Shown here: in pieces, positions 28,900 through 39,322 of the stretch
Layout of the letters: each line of letters starts with the position of its first letter
Position numbering within the stretch: position 1 is the first letter of the stretch
The notes under the pieces: generated by a model
What the model was told of the DNA's origin: nothing
The model's database searches: none
Seen by the model: the letters and a program-made list of their open reading frames with translations, nothing else
IMG/VR virus record: IMGVR_UViG_3300028920_000031
Reading direction: 5' to 3' (one strand)
Origin: an uncultured virus (IMG/VR IMGVR_UViG_3300028920_000031)
Taxonomy: Duplodnaviria > Heunggongvirae > Uroviricota > Caudoviricetes
Length of the DNA stretch: 64,000 nt
Position numbers and translations under genes: made by a program

Positions 28900-29478
28900 T
28901 CAGTGGACGTCAAGCCAATTAACCCTGCATTTCCAGCAGTACTTCTCCTTGTTGTTTTTCCTGTCGAGGTGGACTTCCAACTTCGTGCCGCATGTCGGGC
29001 ACAGGGAAACTGGCGATTGCCGCATCCGCTTCTCGTCCTTTCTTTTCGCCTCGTACCGTGCCGCCAGCGTCTCCAACTGTCCGAGGCCCAGTTTTTCAAG
29101 TCTTTCCCTCAGTTTCCAAGGATGTCCGGCGTATTGGGGAAGCATTGCTTTGACGGCATCGTCGACGAGCTTTTTGCGGCGTCTCCGTTCCCGTCGTTTC
29201 TCCGTTCTGGCCATGGCGGCGGCTTCCCTTTCCTGCAGTTCTTGCCTTTTGGCTTCCCATTCCCGCGTTTCGGCTTCTCGCATTGCATCTTCGAGCGACT
29301 GCAGGTCTTCCTTCGGCTTGGCCTCCGCGACGATCTTCGGCGGCGGCATCTTCTCGAACTCGCCCTGAAGGGTGGAGACGTAGCCCCATCGTTCTTCGTC
29401 GGGATCGGTGCTCACTACAAGCCTCTGTCCGTCCGAGACGTGCTTGAAATACGTGTCCAGCGGCAGATAGGGGTTCAT
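28900..29478 (-). CDS. Hypothetical protein with C-terminal zinc ribbon
   Basis: CPTC...CWKC. Confidence 0.65.
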   Translation of the reverse strand: MNPYLPLDTYFKHVSDGQRLVVSTDPDEERWGYVSTLQGEFEKMPPPKIVAEAKPKEDLQSLEDAMREAETREWEAKRQELQEREAAAMARTEKRRERRRRKKLVDDAVKAMLPQYAGHPWKLRERLEKLGLGQLETLAARYEAKRKDEKRMRQSPVSLCPTCGTKLEVHLDRKNNKEKYCWKCRVNWLDVH

Positions 29479-30344
29479 GCGTATGCCTCCTGCATTTCCA
29501 ATGCCTCTTGGAAGTATTCGGATTCGGAACATTCGGTATGGTTCGGGGTCATGCTGTAGAAATCGCTCCATATGCTGTCGGCGATCTTGAGCCGCTTGCA
29601 TCCGCACTGCCAGACGGCGGCGTCGGCGGCGACGAAGACGCCTTCGCATACGCACCTGTCCTCGGCGTAGTCGTAGTCCTTGGCCCGTCCTCGGGCGGCG
29701 ATGCTGGTAACGGTTCGGTGGCCCTTCATGGTCGGGGGCGGATAGAGGTCGCTGGGGCTTCTCGGCGGCTGGAGTTCGCAGGACTTCATTTCCCAGAACG
29801 ATTCCAGCAGGCTTTCCGAATCTATTTCTTCGGGTTCGCGTCCGTCGTACTCGGCTTCTTCCGCCTCGTATGCCATGGCGTCCTCCATCCATGCGGTTTC
29901 GTCGTATCCGAGGGCTTCCGCGACGCATTTCGGGACGTGTCGGAGACCCTTCAGTCCGCACAGGTTCTTCGGCATGAACGCCTCTACCACTTCCCATTCT
30001 ACGGGGTCGTGCCATTCGTCTTGGCTGAGTTCCGCGCCAATGACGCGCGTTTCGGCGAGCCACGCCAGAGCCAATGCGTCTTCCGTCCGCTTGCCGTTGG
30101 TGACGATGAAAACCCATGTTTCCATGACATTCTTGTACTGTTCGATGGCGTATGCCATGATTTCCCAGAACTGCGGGTGCAGGGTGGGTTCGCCGCCGCC
30201 GATGGTTAGCGAGTCTTCGTGGTCGACGGCCTCGTCTATGGCCTTCTTCGCGTCTTCGAGGCTGATGTCCGTGCCTTTCGAGTTGCAGGCGAAGGCACAG
30301 TGTTCGCAGGACATGTTGCATCGGGTGGTAATTTGGAGGTACAT
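29475..30344 (-). CDS. Radical SAM protein
   Basis: CNMSCEHC, GGGEPTLHP, VTNG. Confidence 0.9.
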   Translation of the reverse strand: MYLQITTRCNMSCEHCAFACNSKGTDISLEDAKKAIDEAVDHEDSLTIGGGEPTLHPQFWEIMAYAIEQYKNVMETWVFIVTNGKRTEDALALAWLAETRVIGAELSQDEWHDPVEWEVVEAFMPKNLCGLKGLRHVPKCVAEALGYDETAWMEDAMAYEAEEAEYDGREPEEIDSESLLESFWEMKSCELQPPRSPSDLYPPPTMKGHRTVTSIAARGRAKDYDYAEDRCVCEGVFVAADAAVWQCGCKRLKIADSIWSDFYSMTPNHTECSESEYFQEALEMQEAYA

Positions 30345-30600
30345 TCTCAGGTCTCCTTCGGGGTATGTCCTGACTATAGCATATTACATTTGGATGTCAA
30401 GCCAATATGGGAGATTTTCCGAGCTTTTCAGCCGGAAGCCGGAGACTGGTTCGGCACGGGGCTGCCGGAGGCGCCCACTTCAAGGGATTTGGTAGGCGTG
30501 TGCACGTCCCTCGACGGCCCTGGATTCCGACATGCTGCCTTCGGGCACGAAAGAGGCCCCGTCCTTTCAGGCGGGGCCTCGGGTGCAGGTCGGGATTGTT

Positions 30601-31269
30601 CTAGGCGTTTTCGAGCTTCATGTAGCCCGTGCGGACGCGGAGCTGGACGGCGTGGGGATAGGGGTGGCCTTCGCTGTGCATGACCAGCCACCGCCACGCC
30701 TCTTGGTCGGCAGTCTTGGCCCATTTCTCCGCGTTGGCGTCGAAAAGCCCCCATTCGCTGGAGCGGGGATGGATGCCGCGCAGTTGCTCGCGGTCCCTGC
30801 CCTTCCTGACGTAGTCGAGGATGCGGTCGCCGAAATTGCCGTCTTCGTAGTGGGTTTTCACGATGTCGGCCGCCATCGCCAGCCCGTGGTGCAGGACGGC
30901 GTCTACGTCGATGGGTTTGTCTGGCGGCGTCGGAACGCCTTCGCCGACTGCCAGCACCTGAACGAAGTCGTGGGAGGCGTCCGACATGTAGAGTCCGATG
31001 GCGTCGTAGGCGTACTCGGGACTGAGTTCTTCGGGCACTCCTTCGGCATCGTGGCGGAGACTTGGATTGTCGCGTTCGTCGCCGATTTCCGCGTCGAAGA
31101 TCCATTCGTCGTTCCATGCGAGTTCGCCGAAGACGATTTCCTGTCCCTGCGACTCGAACTGCCGCAAGATCTTGTTGAAGGGCTCTACGGCCTCCCGCAC
31201 CTGCTCGAAGTTGACGTTGCCTAGGGTGATCAGGAGGTTTGCGACCGCCTTAGCGGTGTCGAGGTCCAT
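30601..31269 (-). CDS. Hypothetical protein
   Basis: Promoter cassette plus RBS. Confidence 0.75.
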   Translation of the reverse strand: MDLDTAKAVANLLITLGNVNFEQVREAVEPFNKILRQFESQGQEIVFGELAWNDEWIFDAEIGDERDNPSLRHDAEGVPEELSPEYAYDAIGLYMSDASHDFVQVLAVGEGVPTPPDKPIDVDAVLHHGLAMAADIVKTHYEDGNFGDRILDYVRKGRDREQLRGIHPRSSEWGLFDANAEKWAKTADQEAWRWLVMHSEGHPYPHAVQLRVRTGYMKLENA

Positions 31270-31492
31270 GGCCTGTCTCCTTTGCTGGGGTTAACGTAAT
31301 GTAGCACGCATTCAGTGGGTGTCAAGCCTTTTGCAGAGATCCTCGCCAGGAATTCAGCCAGGCCGCTTTCTTGCGGCATGGCGGCGCCCACTTGAAGCGG
31401 TCTCTTGATCGTGCGCGTGCTCTTCCGCCGCGCAAAAGAAGCGAGGCCCCGTCCATGTCTGGAGGGGGCCTCTGTAGGGGCTGGAGGATTGT

Positions 31493-31864
31493 TCAGATGC
31501 TGTATCGCAGACGCGGAGACGAGTTGACGGTCTTCTTGAATTCCTCGGTGTCGGCCTCGACGATGCGACGCCATTCCTCGACCTGCCTGCGGGAAGGTCC
31601 GAAGTAGCCGCTGTTCTCGCGGCAGATGTTGTCGGCCACGACGGTTCTGTCGTCTTCGCAGAGCACACCGATACCGTTGAGTTCGGGTCCGATTATTCCG
31701 CCGGCGTTGTAGGCTCCGTAGATCACGACTCTGTAGTGACGTCCTTCGTGTTCGACGAGGGCTTCGGCATTGACGAATTGAAGGGGGCCGGCCTTGCCCT
31801 CTCCCCGCACTCCCTGCACTGGCTCCGTCCTGATTTCCGGTGCGGCCTTGGTTTTGGTTTTCAC
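31493..31864 (-). CDS. Hypothetical protein
   Basis: AAGGAG RBS. Confidence 0.65.
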   Translation of the reverse strand: MKTKTKAAPEIRTEPVQGVRGEGKAGPLQFVNAEALVEHEGRHYRVVIYGAYNAGGIIGPELNGIGVLCEDDRTVVADNICRENSGYFGPSRRQVEEWRRIVEADTEEFKKTVNSSPRLRYSI

Positions 31865-31900
31865 TGCGTCGTCTCCTTGTTCGGGATGTTTCTTTTCAGG

Positions 31901-32074
31901 CTATTTCGAGTCCACAACCTCCCAGTCGGTGATTTCGGCGTCTTCGATGCCGGCGTTGTCGTCGAGGCTGGCGACGAAGTTGTGGTCCATGTTTTCCAAG
32001 ACGTCTGAGATTTCTTCGCCTTCGTCCATGCTGATGACGGCCCTGACTTCGATCTTGACATAGGCTTTTCTCAT
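31901..32074 (-). CDS. Small acidic hypothetical protein
   Basis: MRKAYVKIEV, GAGG RBS. Confidence 0.55.
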   Translation of the reverse strand: MRKAYVKIEVRAVISMDEGEEISDVLENMDHNFVASLDDNAGIEDAEITDWEVVDSK

Positions 32075-32243
32075 TGGCAATCCTCGTCGGGGTTGTGAGT
32101 TGAGTCTTTCGGCACGGTCTGTCTTCTTTGTCGGGGTTTAACGTATCTTAGCACGTTTCATTCGGATGTCAAGCCGATTTGGAAGAGATTCCGGACATGT
32201 GCCTGCAGGCATTCAGTGGGCGGGCACGAGCATTCAGTGGGGT

Positions 32244-32771
32244 TTACTGGAAACGCTCGTTGAGGATTTCCTCAACCTGTTCGCCGTACTTCTCGTCGAG
32301 GTAGGGCTTGACGCGGGGGTCGGAGAACGGGGCTTTGAGCCGACGCCATTGCCCTTTCCCGTCTCCTTTGAGACGGAATACGGTTTCGTTCCTGCACCAC
32401 CGCTTGTACTGACGGTTTTCTTCGAACTCGCCGACAAGAGTTCCGATGTAAGTTCCGACGCCGTGACGTTGGGGGCCTTCGGAATACTCCCACTCGAAGG
32501 TTTGCGTATCGACGAACTCGGCGAACTTTTTCTGCTCGGGGGTGCCGCTGTAGGTACAGACGCCGCCGTTGTGGTTGTGGACGCTGACCTGCACTTTGGG
32601 TTGTTTCCTGTCGAGCCACTCAATGCTGATGTCTCCGCCGTCGCCAGCTTCGAACACGGTGGCGACACGTTTGTTGTCGCGGTATAGGGTGCAGGTGTAG
32701 GCGCCATTGGGTCCGAATTCTCTGCTGGGGCCTGTCTTGAGGTTCTTGATCTCGTAGCGGGGCTTGCTCAT
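32244..32771 (-). CDS. Hypothetical protein
   Basis: Promoter cassette plus RBS. Confidence 0.75.
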   Translation of the reverse strand: MSKPRYEIKNLKTGPSREFGPNGAYTCTLYRDNKRVATVFEAGDGGDISIEWLDRKQPKVQVSVHNHNGGVCTYSGTPEQKKFAEFVDTQTFEWEYSEGPQRHGVGTYIGTLVGEFEENRQYKRWCRNETVFRLKGDGKGQWRRLKAPFSDPRVKPYLDEKYGEQVEEILNERFQ

Positions 32772-32959
32772 CTCGGTCTTCTCCGTCGGGGTTTGTCTTG
32801 AATGGGCTGATGTCGATAACTTAGCATTCGAGTTACAGATGTCAAGCCAATTCGGGAATTTTTGGAACTGAATTCGTGTCGTCGGATTTGGCGTCGTCTG
32901 GCCTTGTCAGGGGTCTGGGTCTGGATTTGGCATTGCCTCGTTCCGTTTGAGGCTAGCCA

Positions 32960-32996
32960 AATTGTCCCCTCTTGTCGTAGACAAGAGGGGACAATT
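32960..32996. repeat. Perfect 17-bp inverted repeat with 3-nt loop
   Basis: AATTGTCCCCTCTTGTC-GTA-GACAAGAGGGGACAATT. Confidence 0.9.
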
Positions 32997-33487
32997 CACC
33001 GAAACGGCGCGCACGTCAAGGAAAACAGAGCAGAAATGTTTGTAGTGCGCGCCGATTGAGGGAAGGGTGCGCTTTTAAACTCCAGTTTAAATCTTGCCTC
33101 ACGGCCCAGAATCGCAACATTTTCATTATCAAACTGTTAACGCTCCATTAAAGGGCAGCCGCGCATTCGCCGCGCATTCTTGCGCACGTTCTGGGACGGC
33201 CACATCAGCCAGCTGCGCGTTCTGGGATGGCCACATCATGTGGGTGCTTGGTCGCTGCCGTTTCGGGATCGAAGCCGTGTCAGGCTTGAGATGACCATAG
33301 GGCGGCGCGAATGTGCCCCATTCCCGGAATTGGCCTCGATGCGGATTAAGATGTAGCTACTAGGAAGACAGGGGTGCACAACAGCGAGCTTGCAACCTCG
33401 CCTTCAGCCGTTCTTGTTCTTCTTCGGCTTCTTCCGGCCTGGCGGCCCTGGCATTTCGTTTCCGGCGCCCACTTCAAACATCTTCCC

Positions 33488-33892
33488 TCAGACTCGCAGG
33501 ACGGACGCGAAGTCGTCTGCCCGCCCCGTGGTCTGCCGCAGCAGGAAAACGCCCGTAGACGGCGTTTCCGGGCCGTATGCGTGGAATTCGCTGGGCATCT
33601 CGGGCCTGATCGTCAGGTTGGTGCCTTCGTACAGGGGAATGCCCCATATCGCGTCCCTGCCGTCTCCTGCAGGCTTGACGTCCGGCAGCGGGTCGGATTC
33701 AGTCCAGTCGCCCTGGATGCGCCCCGTCATGTGGCTGAGGAACTGGTCCGCCCCATACGACGCGGACTGCCGGTTGATGGCGTCGGAGGACGCCTCGATT
33801 CCGGCCGGAACCAGCGACATGACTCCGACCAGCGCGACCATGATTATGACCAGCGAAATGACTATCTCCACCATGTTGAACGCGCGCTTCAT
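33488..33892 (-). CDS. Prepilin/pseudopilin-like protein (Verru_Chthon cassette B-like leader)
   Basis: MKRAFNMVEIVISLVIIMVALVGVMSLVPAG. Confidence 0.7.
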   Translation of the reverse strand: MKRAFNMVEIVISLVIIMVALVGVMSLVPAGIEASSDAINRQSASYGADQFLSHMTGRIQGDWTESDPLPDVKPAGDGRDAIWGIPLYEGTNLTIRPEMPSEFHAYGPETPSTGVFLLRQTTGRADDFASVLRV

Positions 33893-34038
33893 CTCTCTTC
33901 CCTCCTGTTGCTCTTGTCTCCGCTCCATTCAGCCATGCCGAATATCACGGCTTTCCTTCCTCCCCTCACCTCCGTTCGCGGAACCAGATCCTCGAACTTG
34001 ATGGGGTGTTCCCTCTTCCTCTCCCTCTTCTGCTTCAT
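33889..34038 (-). CDS. Small peptide
   Basis: IKFEDLVPRTEVRGG; ATGA-coupled to the pilin gene. Confidence 0.5.
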   Translation of the reverse strand: MKQKRERKREHPIKFEDLVPRTEVRGGRKAVIFGMAEWSGDKSNRREER

Positions 34039-34360
34039 CTTCCGCACCTCCCGGTTTCCTTCATGGAGCTTGTCCCGCGCCAAACCCCGCTGCATCCCGG
34101 GAGGGGTCCGGGGGCGTTCCGGACCGGGACATCCGCCGGTTCGATCCGGCGCCGCGGTGTCCCGTATCGGGGCCGCGCCCACTCCAAGCGTCGGAGTAGC
34201 CGTGGGCGCGGCCCAGCAGCCTCCTGGATCGGCCGGGCGGCCTTGGACGGGCGCGGCGGGCGCAGGCATTCAGTGGGCGGGCGCAGGCATTCAGTGGGCG
34301 GGCACGAAAAAGCCCCCGCCGGGAGGGACGGGGACCGGAGGCACGTAGGGGAGGCATCTC

Positions 34361-34837
34361 CTACGACTTGGTTTCTCTCTCCTCTATGCGTTTGCGGAGG
34401 TTCTCCACGCCTTCGGGGGTGAGGCGGTAGGGTGCAACCCGTTCCTTGATCTGTTCGAGCGTCATGCCCGAAGCCAGCAGGTATTCGAGCTGTGCCCTCG
34501 ATCCGCGATTGTTGATGGCCGTGGCCTCTTCGGACTTCATGTCGTGTACGAGATCGTCGAGCAGGAACTCGTGGAATCCTTCGGCTGCGGCCTCCAGTTC
34601 TGCGGCGGGGATGTCGTTGCCGTCCTCGTCGTTGAGGCCCTGATAGCCCTCCAGACGGTAGAGGTCGTCCCAGCTCGCTCCGCAGGCGTTGCAGTTGACC
34701 GTTATGGAGATGACGGTGTAGGTCGGGTCGAGGGTGTCGGAATCGAGGCGTTCGGCCTCGATCTCCTGGCTCCCGCAAGCAGGGCATTGCTGCCCCTTGT
34801 GCTTGACGGCGTACTCGTGGTCGGTGAGGGGTTTCAT
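34361..34837 (-). CDS. Zinc-ribbon hypothetical protein
   Basis: CPACGS...CNACG. Confidence 0.7.
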   Translation of the reverse strand: MKPLTDHEYAVKHKGQQCPACGSQEIEAERLDSDTLDPTYTVISITVNCNACGASWDDLYRLEGYQGLNDEDGNDIPAAELEAAAEGFHEFLLDDLVHDMKSEEATAINNRGSRAQLEYLLASGMTLEQIKERVAPYRLTPEGVENLRKRIEERETKS

Positions 34838-34865
34838 GGCTTTTCCTTTGTTGGGGTTTCGGTCT

Positions 34866-35078
34866 TCATATCAGTAGCTCCTTGTCTCTGAAGGCTTGGC
34901 CCGGCGATACTTCGAGGTAGCGGACGTCTTCCTTGTATTCTTCGAGGTAGCCAGCCGGGGAACCGTACTGATTGGCGTGCTTGGCCCATGCTTCGGCGAG
35001 CTTCTCGTCGGCCTGTTCGACGGTTTCGCCTGCGGCCATGAACTCGAAGTTCGGTGTCTCGAAAAAGGCGATAATCAT
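34866..35078 (-). CDS. Small hypothetical protein
   Basis: MIIAFFETP, coupled to upstream gene. Confidence 0.55.
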   Translation of the reverse strand: MIIAFFETPNFEFMAAGETVEQADEKLAEAWAKHANQYGSPAGYLEEYKEDVRYLEVSPGQAFRDKELLI

Positions 35079-35389
35079 GAGAACATCTCCGATGTGCTGT
35101 AGGCGTTGTCCTCGTCGGCGGCCATCTCGCGGAAGCCCATGGGCATACAGCGGTAACGGACGCCGTCCACTTCGACGATGTCGCCGACGCTGAGACTGCG
35201 GCAGTGGTGGATCGTGTTGTACCAGCCGGGATCGTTCTTGGAGGGGTTCTCGCCGACGACGTTGAATCCCGCGAACATCATCTCGCAGGCGTCGAGCGCG
35301 GTGGGGGCCTCGACCTCGCCGACGTCGAACACCTGCTCTTCGTGCTCTCTCCAGTCGGGGCGGACGGGGTAGATGACTCTGACTTTCAT
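35075..35389 (-). CDS. YodL-like protein
   Basis: F..FN...RSLSVGDIVEVDG..Y.C..GF. Confidence 0.65.
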   Translation of the reverse strand: MKVRVIYPVRPDWREHEEQVFDVGEVEAPTALDACEMMFAGFNVVGENPSKNDPGWYNTIHHCRSLSVGDIVEVDGVRYRCMPMGFREMAADEDNAYSTSEMFS

Positions 35390-35547
35390 TGCCGTCTCCT
35401 TTGTCGGGGTTCAACGTACCTTAGCACGTATCGCTCGGATGTCAAGCCAATTCGAGAAAAACAGAGATTGTTTCAGACAGTGAGGCCCCGCCTAAATGGT
35501 CGGGGCCTCTTGCCGTGTCGGGAAAATACGGGAAGCGTCGGGAAAAG

Positions 35548-35769
35548 CTACTCGAACTCGCGATACTCTTCGGGCGTGTCCTTGAAAAGTTCGTCATAGC
35601 CGCCGAAATAGTCCGTCACAGTGTTGACGATCTCCCCGATGATGTCGGAGTCGCAGTCCTTGGTCGGATTGTAGAACTCGGTTCCGTCCCTTTCTTCTTC
35701 GAGGAACAGGAGGTCGCGGATTCGCTTCATGGCCTTGTCGCAGTTCTGGCATTCGTGAGAAGTTTTCAT
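35548..35769 (-). CDS. Hypothetical protein
   Basis: Promoter cassette plus RBS. Confidence 0.7.
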   Translation of the reverse strand: MKTSHECQNCDKAMKRIRDLLFLEEERDGTEFYNPTKDCDSDIIGEIVNTVTDYFGGYDELFKDTPEEYREFE

Positions 35770-35830
35770 TGCCGTCTCCTTTGTCGGTGTTTAACGCACC
35801 TTAGCGCGTCTCACTCGAATGTCAAGCCAA

Positions 35831-36031
35831 TTAGCGGGAATTTTGCATCTTTTTCAGCTTGTCGAGTTCCTCTTTCAGCCTGTCCCGCTCCTCGAACAAG
35901 GCGTTGACCATGAAACTCAGGGGCTTGGAATAGTCTTTTACAGGCCTGGATTCGCCCAGCGACCATTCGTCTGCGAGCTGTTTCAGGGCCGAAACGGCTT
36001 TCTTCTTGAGCACAGCGTCGCGGTCAGGCAT
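35831..36031 (-). CDS. Small hypothetical protein
   Basis: GAGGAG RBS. Confidence 0.6.
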   Translation of the reverse strand: MPDRDAVLKKKAVSALKQLADEWSLGESRPVKDYSKPLSFMVNALFEERDRLKEELDKLKKMQNSR

Positions 36032-37239
36032 CTGTCTCCTCTTCGGCCAGGATTTCGTTCGCGACCCTCTCTCCGATGTCGCGCATGATCCTGTCCCGCT
36101 TGCGGTCGAGGTCGCTGTAGTAGAGAGCCCTGAGATAGTAGGCGGTCTCCGATCTTCAGCATGACATGGGACGCGCTCCAGCAGGTCTTGTCCTGTATGG
36201 CTACGGCGTAAAGCTCCCCCTGCTGCGCGTATTCCTGAAGAGCCAGAGCGAAGTACCAGCAGTAGCCCTCTTGCCAGTTTCCCAGATAGGAAGTGTACTC
36301 GTCGGCGATCTTGAGGAGCCTGTTGTCCTTGCCCGCCTTCTTGGCGATTTGTTCGAGCAGGTGTCTTATACCGTCAATCTAGCATATCTCTTCTGGATGT
36401 CAAGCCAAACAGGGAAAAAAAAGAGATGGCTATGCGTCGTACCTCTTCTCGAACTCCTCTGGCTTCATCCTGCACGGCGTCTTTTCCGGGACGCCCCCGT
36501 CGATCCACTTGCAGCAGATCTTCGCCCCCTTCTCCCAAAACACCCAGCGGCTCCCGTCGGCCTTCAGGGTGCATGGCCTGGTTCCGGCGTTGATCTCCTC
36601 GGATGTGGGCTCGTTCTTCTTCATGCCGTAATATACGCCGGGCCGTCCCGGTTTCAAGCTCAGGTGCTGCAGCTGCGCTTTCGACCCGGATCCAGGAGCG
36701 CTTAGCAGCTTACGCTGCCTGTTGATTTTCAAGGACTTGTGGATTTGCACGGCCAGGCCGGGTCGAAAGCGCATTTTGCGCTGCCGGCGCAGCCAGGGAG
36801 GCGCGCACGTTAAGGCTTCACGAGGCGATTCGGTTGGCGTGCGCACCTCCCCGGGCCGCCTTCAGGATGAGGTGACCAAGTCCATAATGCCGGATACGGG
36901 ATTTTCCCTGTGTCGCAACTACTTGAATCCAGCAGAGGTACAAGACCAGGCCTGTATCGGCCAGTTATGGACCTTGACGGGAGAGGATAAGATTTCTTCT
37001 CCCGGGATAGGATTTCTTCTCCTGGCTCGGGAGGGGCAAAGAAAACGGGGCCTGGCGCATCCGGGCGCCAAGCCCCTTAACCGACCTGCACCCTCAATAT
37101 GGATCTGGCTTGAGGGCGTTCAATAGCCGCAAATGAAGTTTTCTAGGGAACGCGCGTGCGCGGGCGGGCGCGAGCGGGCGCAAAAGAAGGAGGCCCCGCC
37201 TAAATGACGGGGCCTCGCCTAGTGTGGATAAGAAGCTGT

Positions 37240-37686
37240 CTAGGGAGCCATCTGCGTCATCGCCCAGTCCTTGAATCCGTAGATGCAGGGGCTCATGACC
37301 GGGACGTCGCTGTGCTTCTGGACGCAGCGGAACTGGACGACGTTGCCGGGACTGACGACGATCTCCTGCAGTTCCAGACGCGCTTCGGTCCAGCCCCGCT
37401 CTGCTCCCTCGGGAAGGATCTTGAACTCTTCAAACGGGCCGTCGTCGAACTCGCAGAGGTCTTCTTGACGGTAGCACTCGAAGCCGTAGAAGGAGAACCG
37501 CAGCTCGCTGGCGTCCAGGTCCACGACGCCGACTCGCTCGAACAGCTCGATCCGCCGAAGGATCTGCTCTACGGATTCCGGTCCGAGCTCGACCACCATG
37601 ATGTCCGGGCTCGGATTGTCTTCTTCGTCGAAGCTCGCGAGGTTGAAGAGGTCGCTGTGGCTCCGGTTCTGGCAGACAATTTTCAT
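37240..37686 (-). CDS. Hypothetical protein, paralog A
   Basis: MKIVC...ELRFSFYGF. Confidence 0.75.
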   Translation of the reverse strand: MKIVCQNRSHSDLFNLASFDEEDNPSPDIMVVELGPESVEQILRRIELFERVGVVDLDASELRFSFYGFECYRQEDLCEFDDGPFEEFKILPEGAERGWTEARLELQEIVVSPGNVVQFRCVQKHSDVPVMSPCIYGFKDWAMTQMAP

Positions 37687-38460
37687 GTTGTCTCTCCTTT
37701 GCTGGGGTTCAACGTACATTAGCACGTCTCAATCGGATGTCAAGCCAATTCGAGCTTTTTCGCCGCCTTCAGCCAGGATTTCCTGTCCCGGGACTTCCGC
37801 AACTTCTCCCTGACGAGGGTCTCGTGCTGCCTGAGCCACGCTTCGGGCATCTCGTGCAGCTCCTTGCGGATCTCGGTTCCGTCCCCCTTGACGATCCTGA
37901 CGTGCGGGTTGCTGGAGTCCGGTCCCATGACGGCGATCTTGACGCCCCCCTTGTCGAAGATGTCGGGGAACTCGTTTTCCAGGGCGAGGGAGACCTGGAG
38001 TTGGCCCGGATCCAGGAGTGGTCAGTAGCTTACGCTGTTTATTTATTTGCAAGCACTTGCGGCATCAGGTGCCAGTTTTCGATCTGCACTGATCGAAGCT
38101 CGGGCCGAGGCGCGACCGGCGCAACCGGGAGGCGCACACTTTAAGGCCTCGCAAGGGGGTTTGATTGGCGTGCGCGCCTCGAACTTCGCTCGGTCTGATG
38201 CCGGACTCGGCGGAAGAGGATAAGATTTCTTCTGCAAGAACAAGATTCCTTCTCCTGCTCCGCAGAGAAAAGAAAACGGGGCCTGACGCATCCGGGCGCC
38301 AAGCCCCTTGACCGACCTGCATATTCAATATGGATCTAGGCACGAAGGCTTCAAGAGCCAGAAAAGAAGTTTTCTAGGGAACGCGCGTACGCCCGGGCGC
38401 GAAAACAAGAGAAAACCCCGCCTAAATGACGGGGCTTTCCCTACTAGTGTGGATAAAATT

Positions 38461-38892
38461 TCAGGTTTCCAAATCCAACAACTCGACGCCTCGCAGGATT
38501 GGGCTTATGATCCACGACATAGGCATATTGTTCTGCTCGCAACAGAACTGAATGACGCTGCCGGATTTCAGAGAAATTTCTTGCAACGCGATTCGCGCTC
38601 GCGTCCAGTCGAGCTCGGTTCCTTCGGGCAGGATCTTGAATCCGGGGAACGGACTGTCCTCGAACTCGTCGATTTTTTTGCGGCCGTAGCATTTGAAGCC
38701 ATAGTATGAGAACCGCAGCTCTCTGATGACATTATTGGAGTCCGATACCTCGATCCGATGGAACAGTTCGATCTTCTCCATGATTTGGCGGATCGTTTCG
38801 GGGTAGAGATCAATCACCATGATTGCGGGAAAGGGCCTGTCGTCTTTGTCGATGTTCTCAGGATCGAACCAGGTCTTGCAGACAATTTTCAT
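38461..38892 (-). CDS. Hypothetical protein, paralog B
   Basis: MKIVC...ELRFSYYGF. Confidence 0.75.
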   Translation of the reverse strand: MKIVCKTWFDPENIDKDDRPFPAIMVIDLYPETIRQIMEKIELFHRIEVSDSNNVIRELRFSYYGFKCYGRKKIDEFEDSPFPGFKILPEGTELDWTRARIALQEISLKSGSVIQFCCEQNNMPMSWIISPILRGVELLDLET

Positions 38893-39025
38893 GTCGTCCC
38901 TTCTTCGTTGGAATCTACGCATAACATAGCATACATTCAGTGGGTGTCAAGCCAATCTGAAAAAATGGGTTCCACCGCGTCGACGGAGCCCTGACCCTCT
39001 CTGGGAGATGAAATCTATTCCCTCT

Positions 39026-39322
39026 CTAGTCCTCCCTGGAGTTCAGGCGCCTGTAGGCTTCCTTGCAGACGCCTTGGATGACGGGATTCTTGGAGTGTGC
39101 CACGCTGGTTTCAAGGCCGTGCCGCACCTTCGACTTGTTGTACGTCTTGTCGAACCAGCCTGCCTCTTCCTTGTCAAAGACATTGATCTGTCTGGCGATG
39201 GCCGTCATTGCGATCTCGGCTCCCCAGAGCACGAATTTGTCCTCGGGGTTGTCTCTGGCCACCGCACGCGCCGTCGGTTCGTCCAGAATGGCCCGGACCG
39301 CTTTTTCGATAAGATGTTTCAT
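39026..39322 (-). CDS. Hypothetical protein
   Basis: Coupled ORF. Confidence 0.6.
   Translation of the reverse strand: MKHLIEKAVRAILDEPTARAVARDNPEDKFVLWGAEIAMTAIARQINVFDKEEAGWFDKTYNKSKVRHGLETSVAHSKNPVIQGVCKEAYRRLNSRED

Noticed and set aside
29475..30344. RiPP cluster around the radical SAM gene
   Set aside because: No adjacent precursor, RRE domain, protease or transporter
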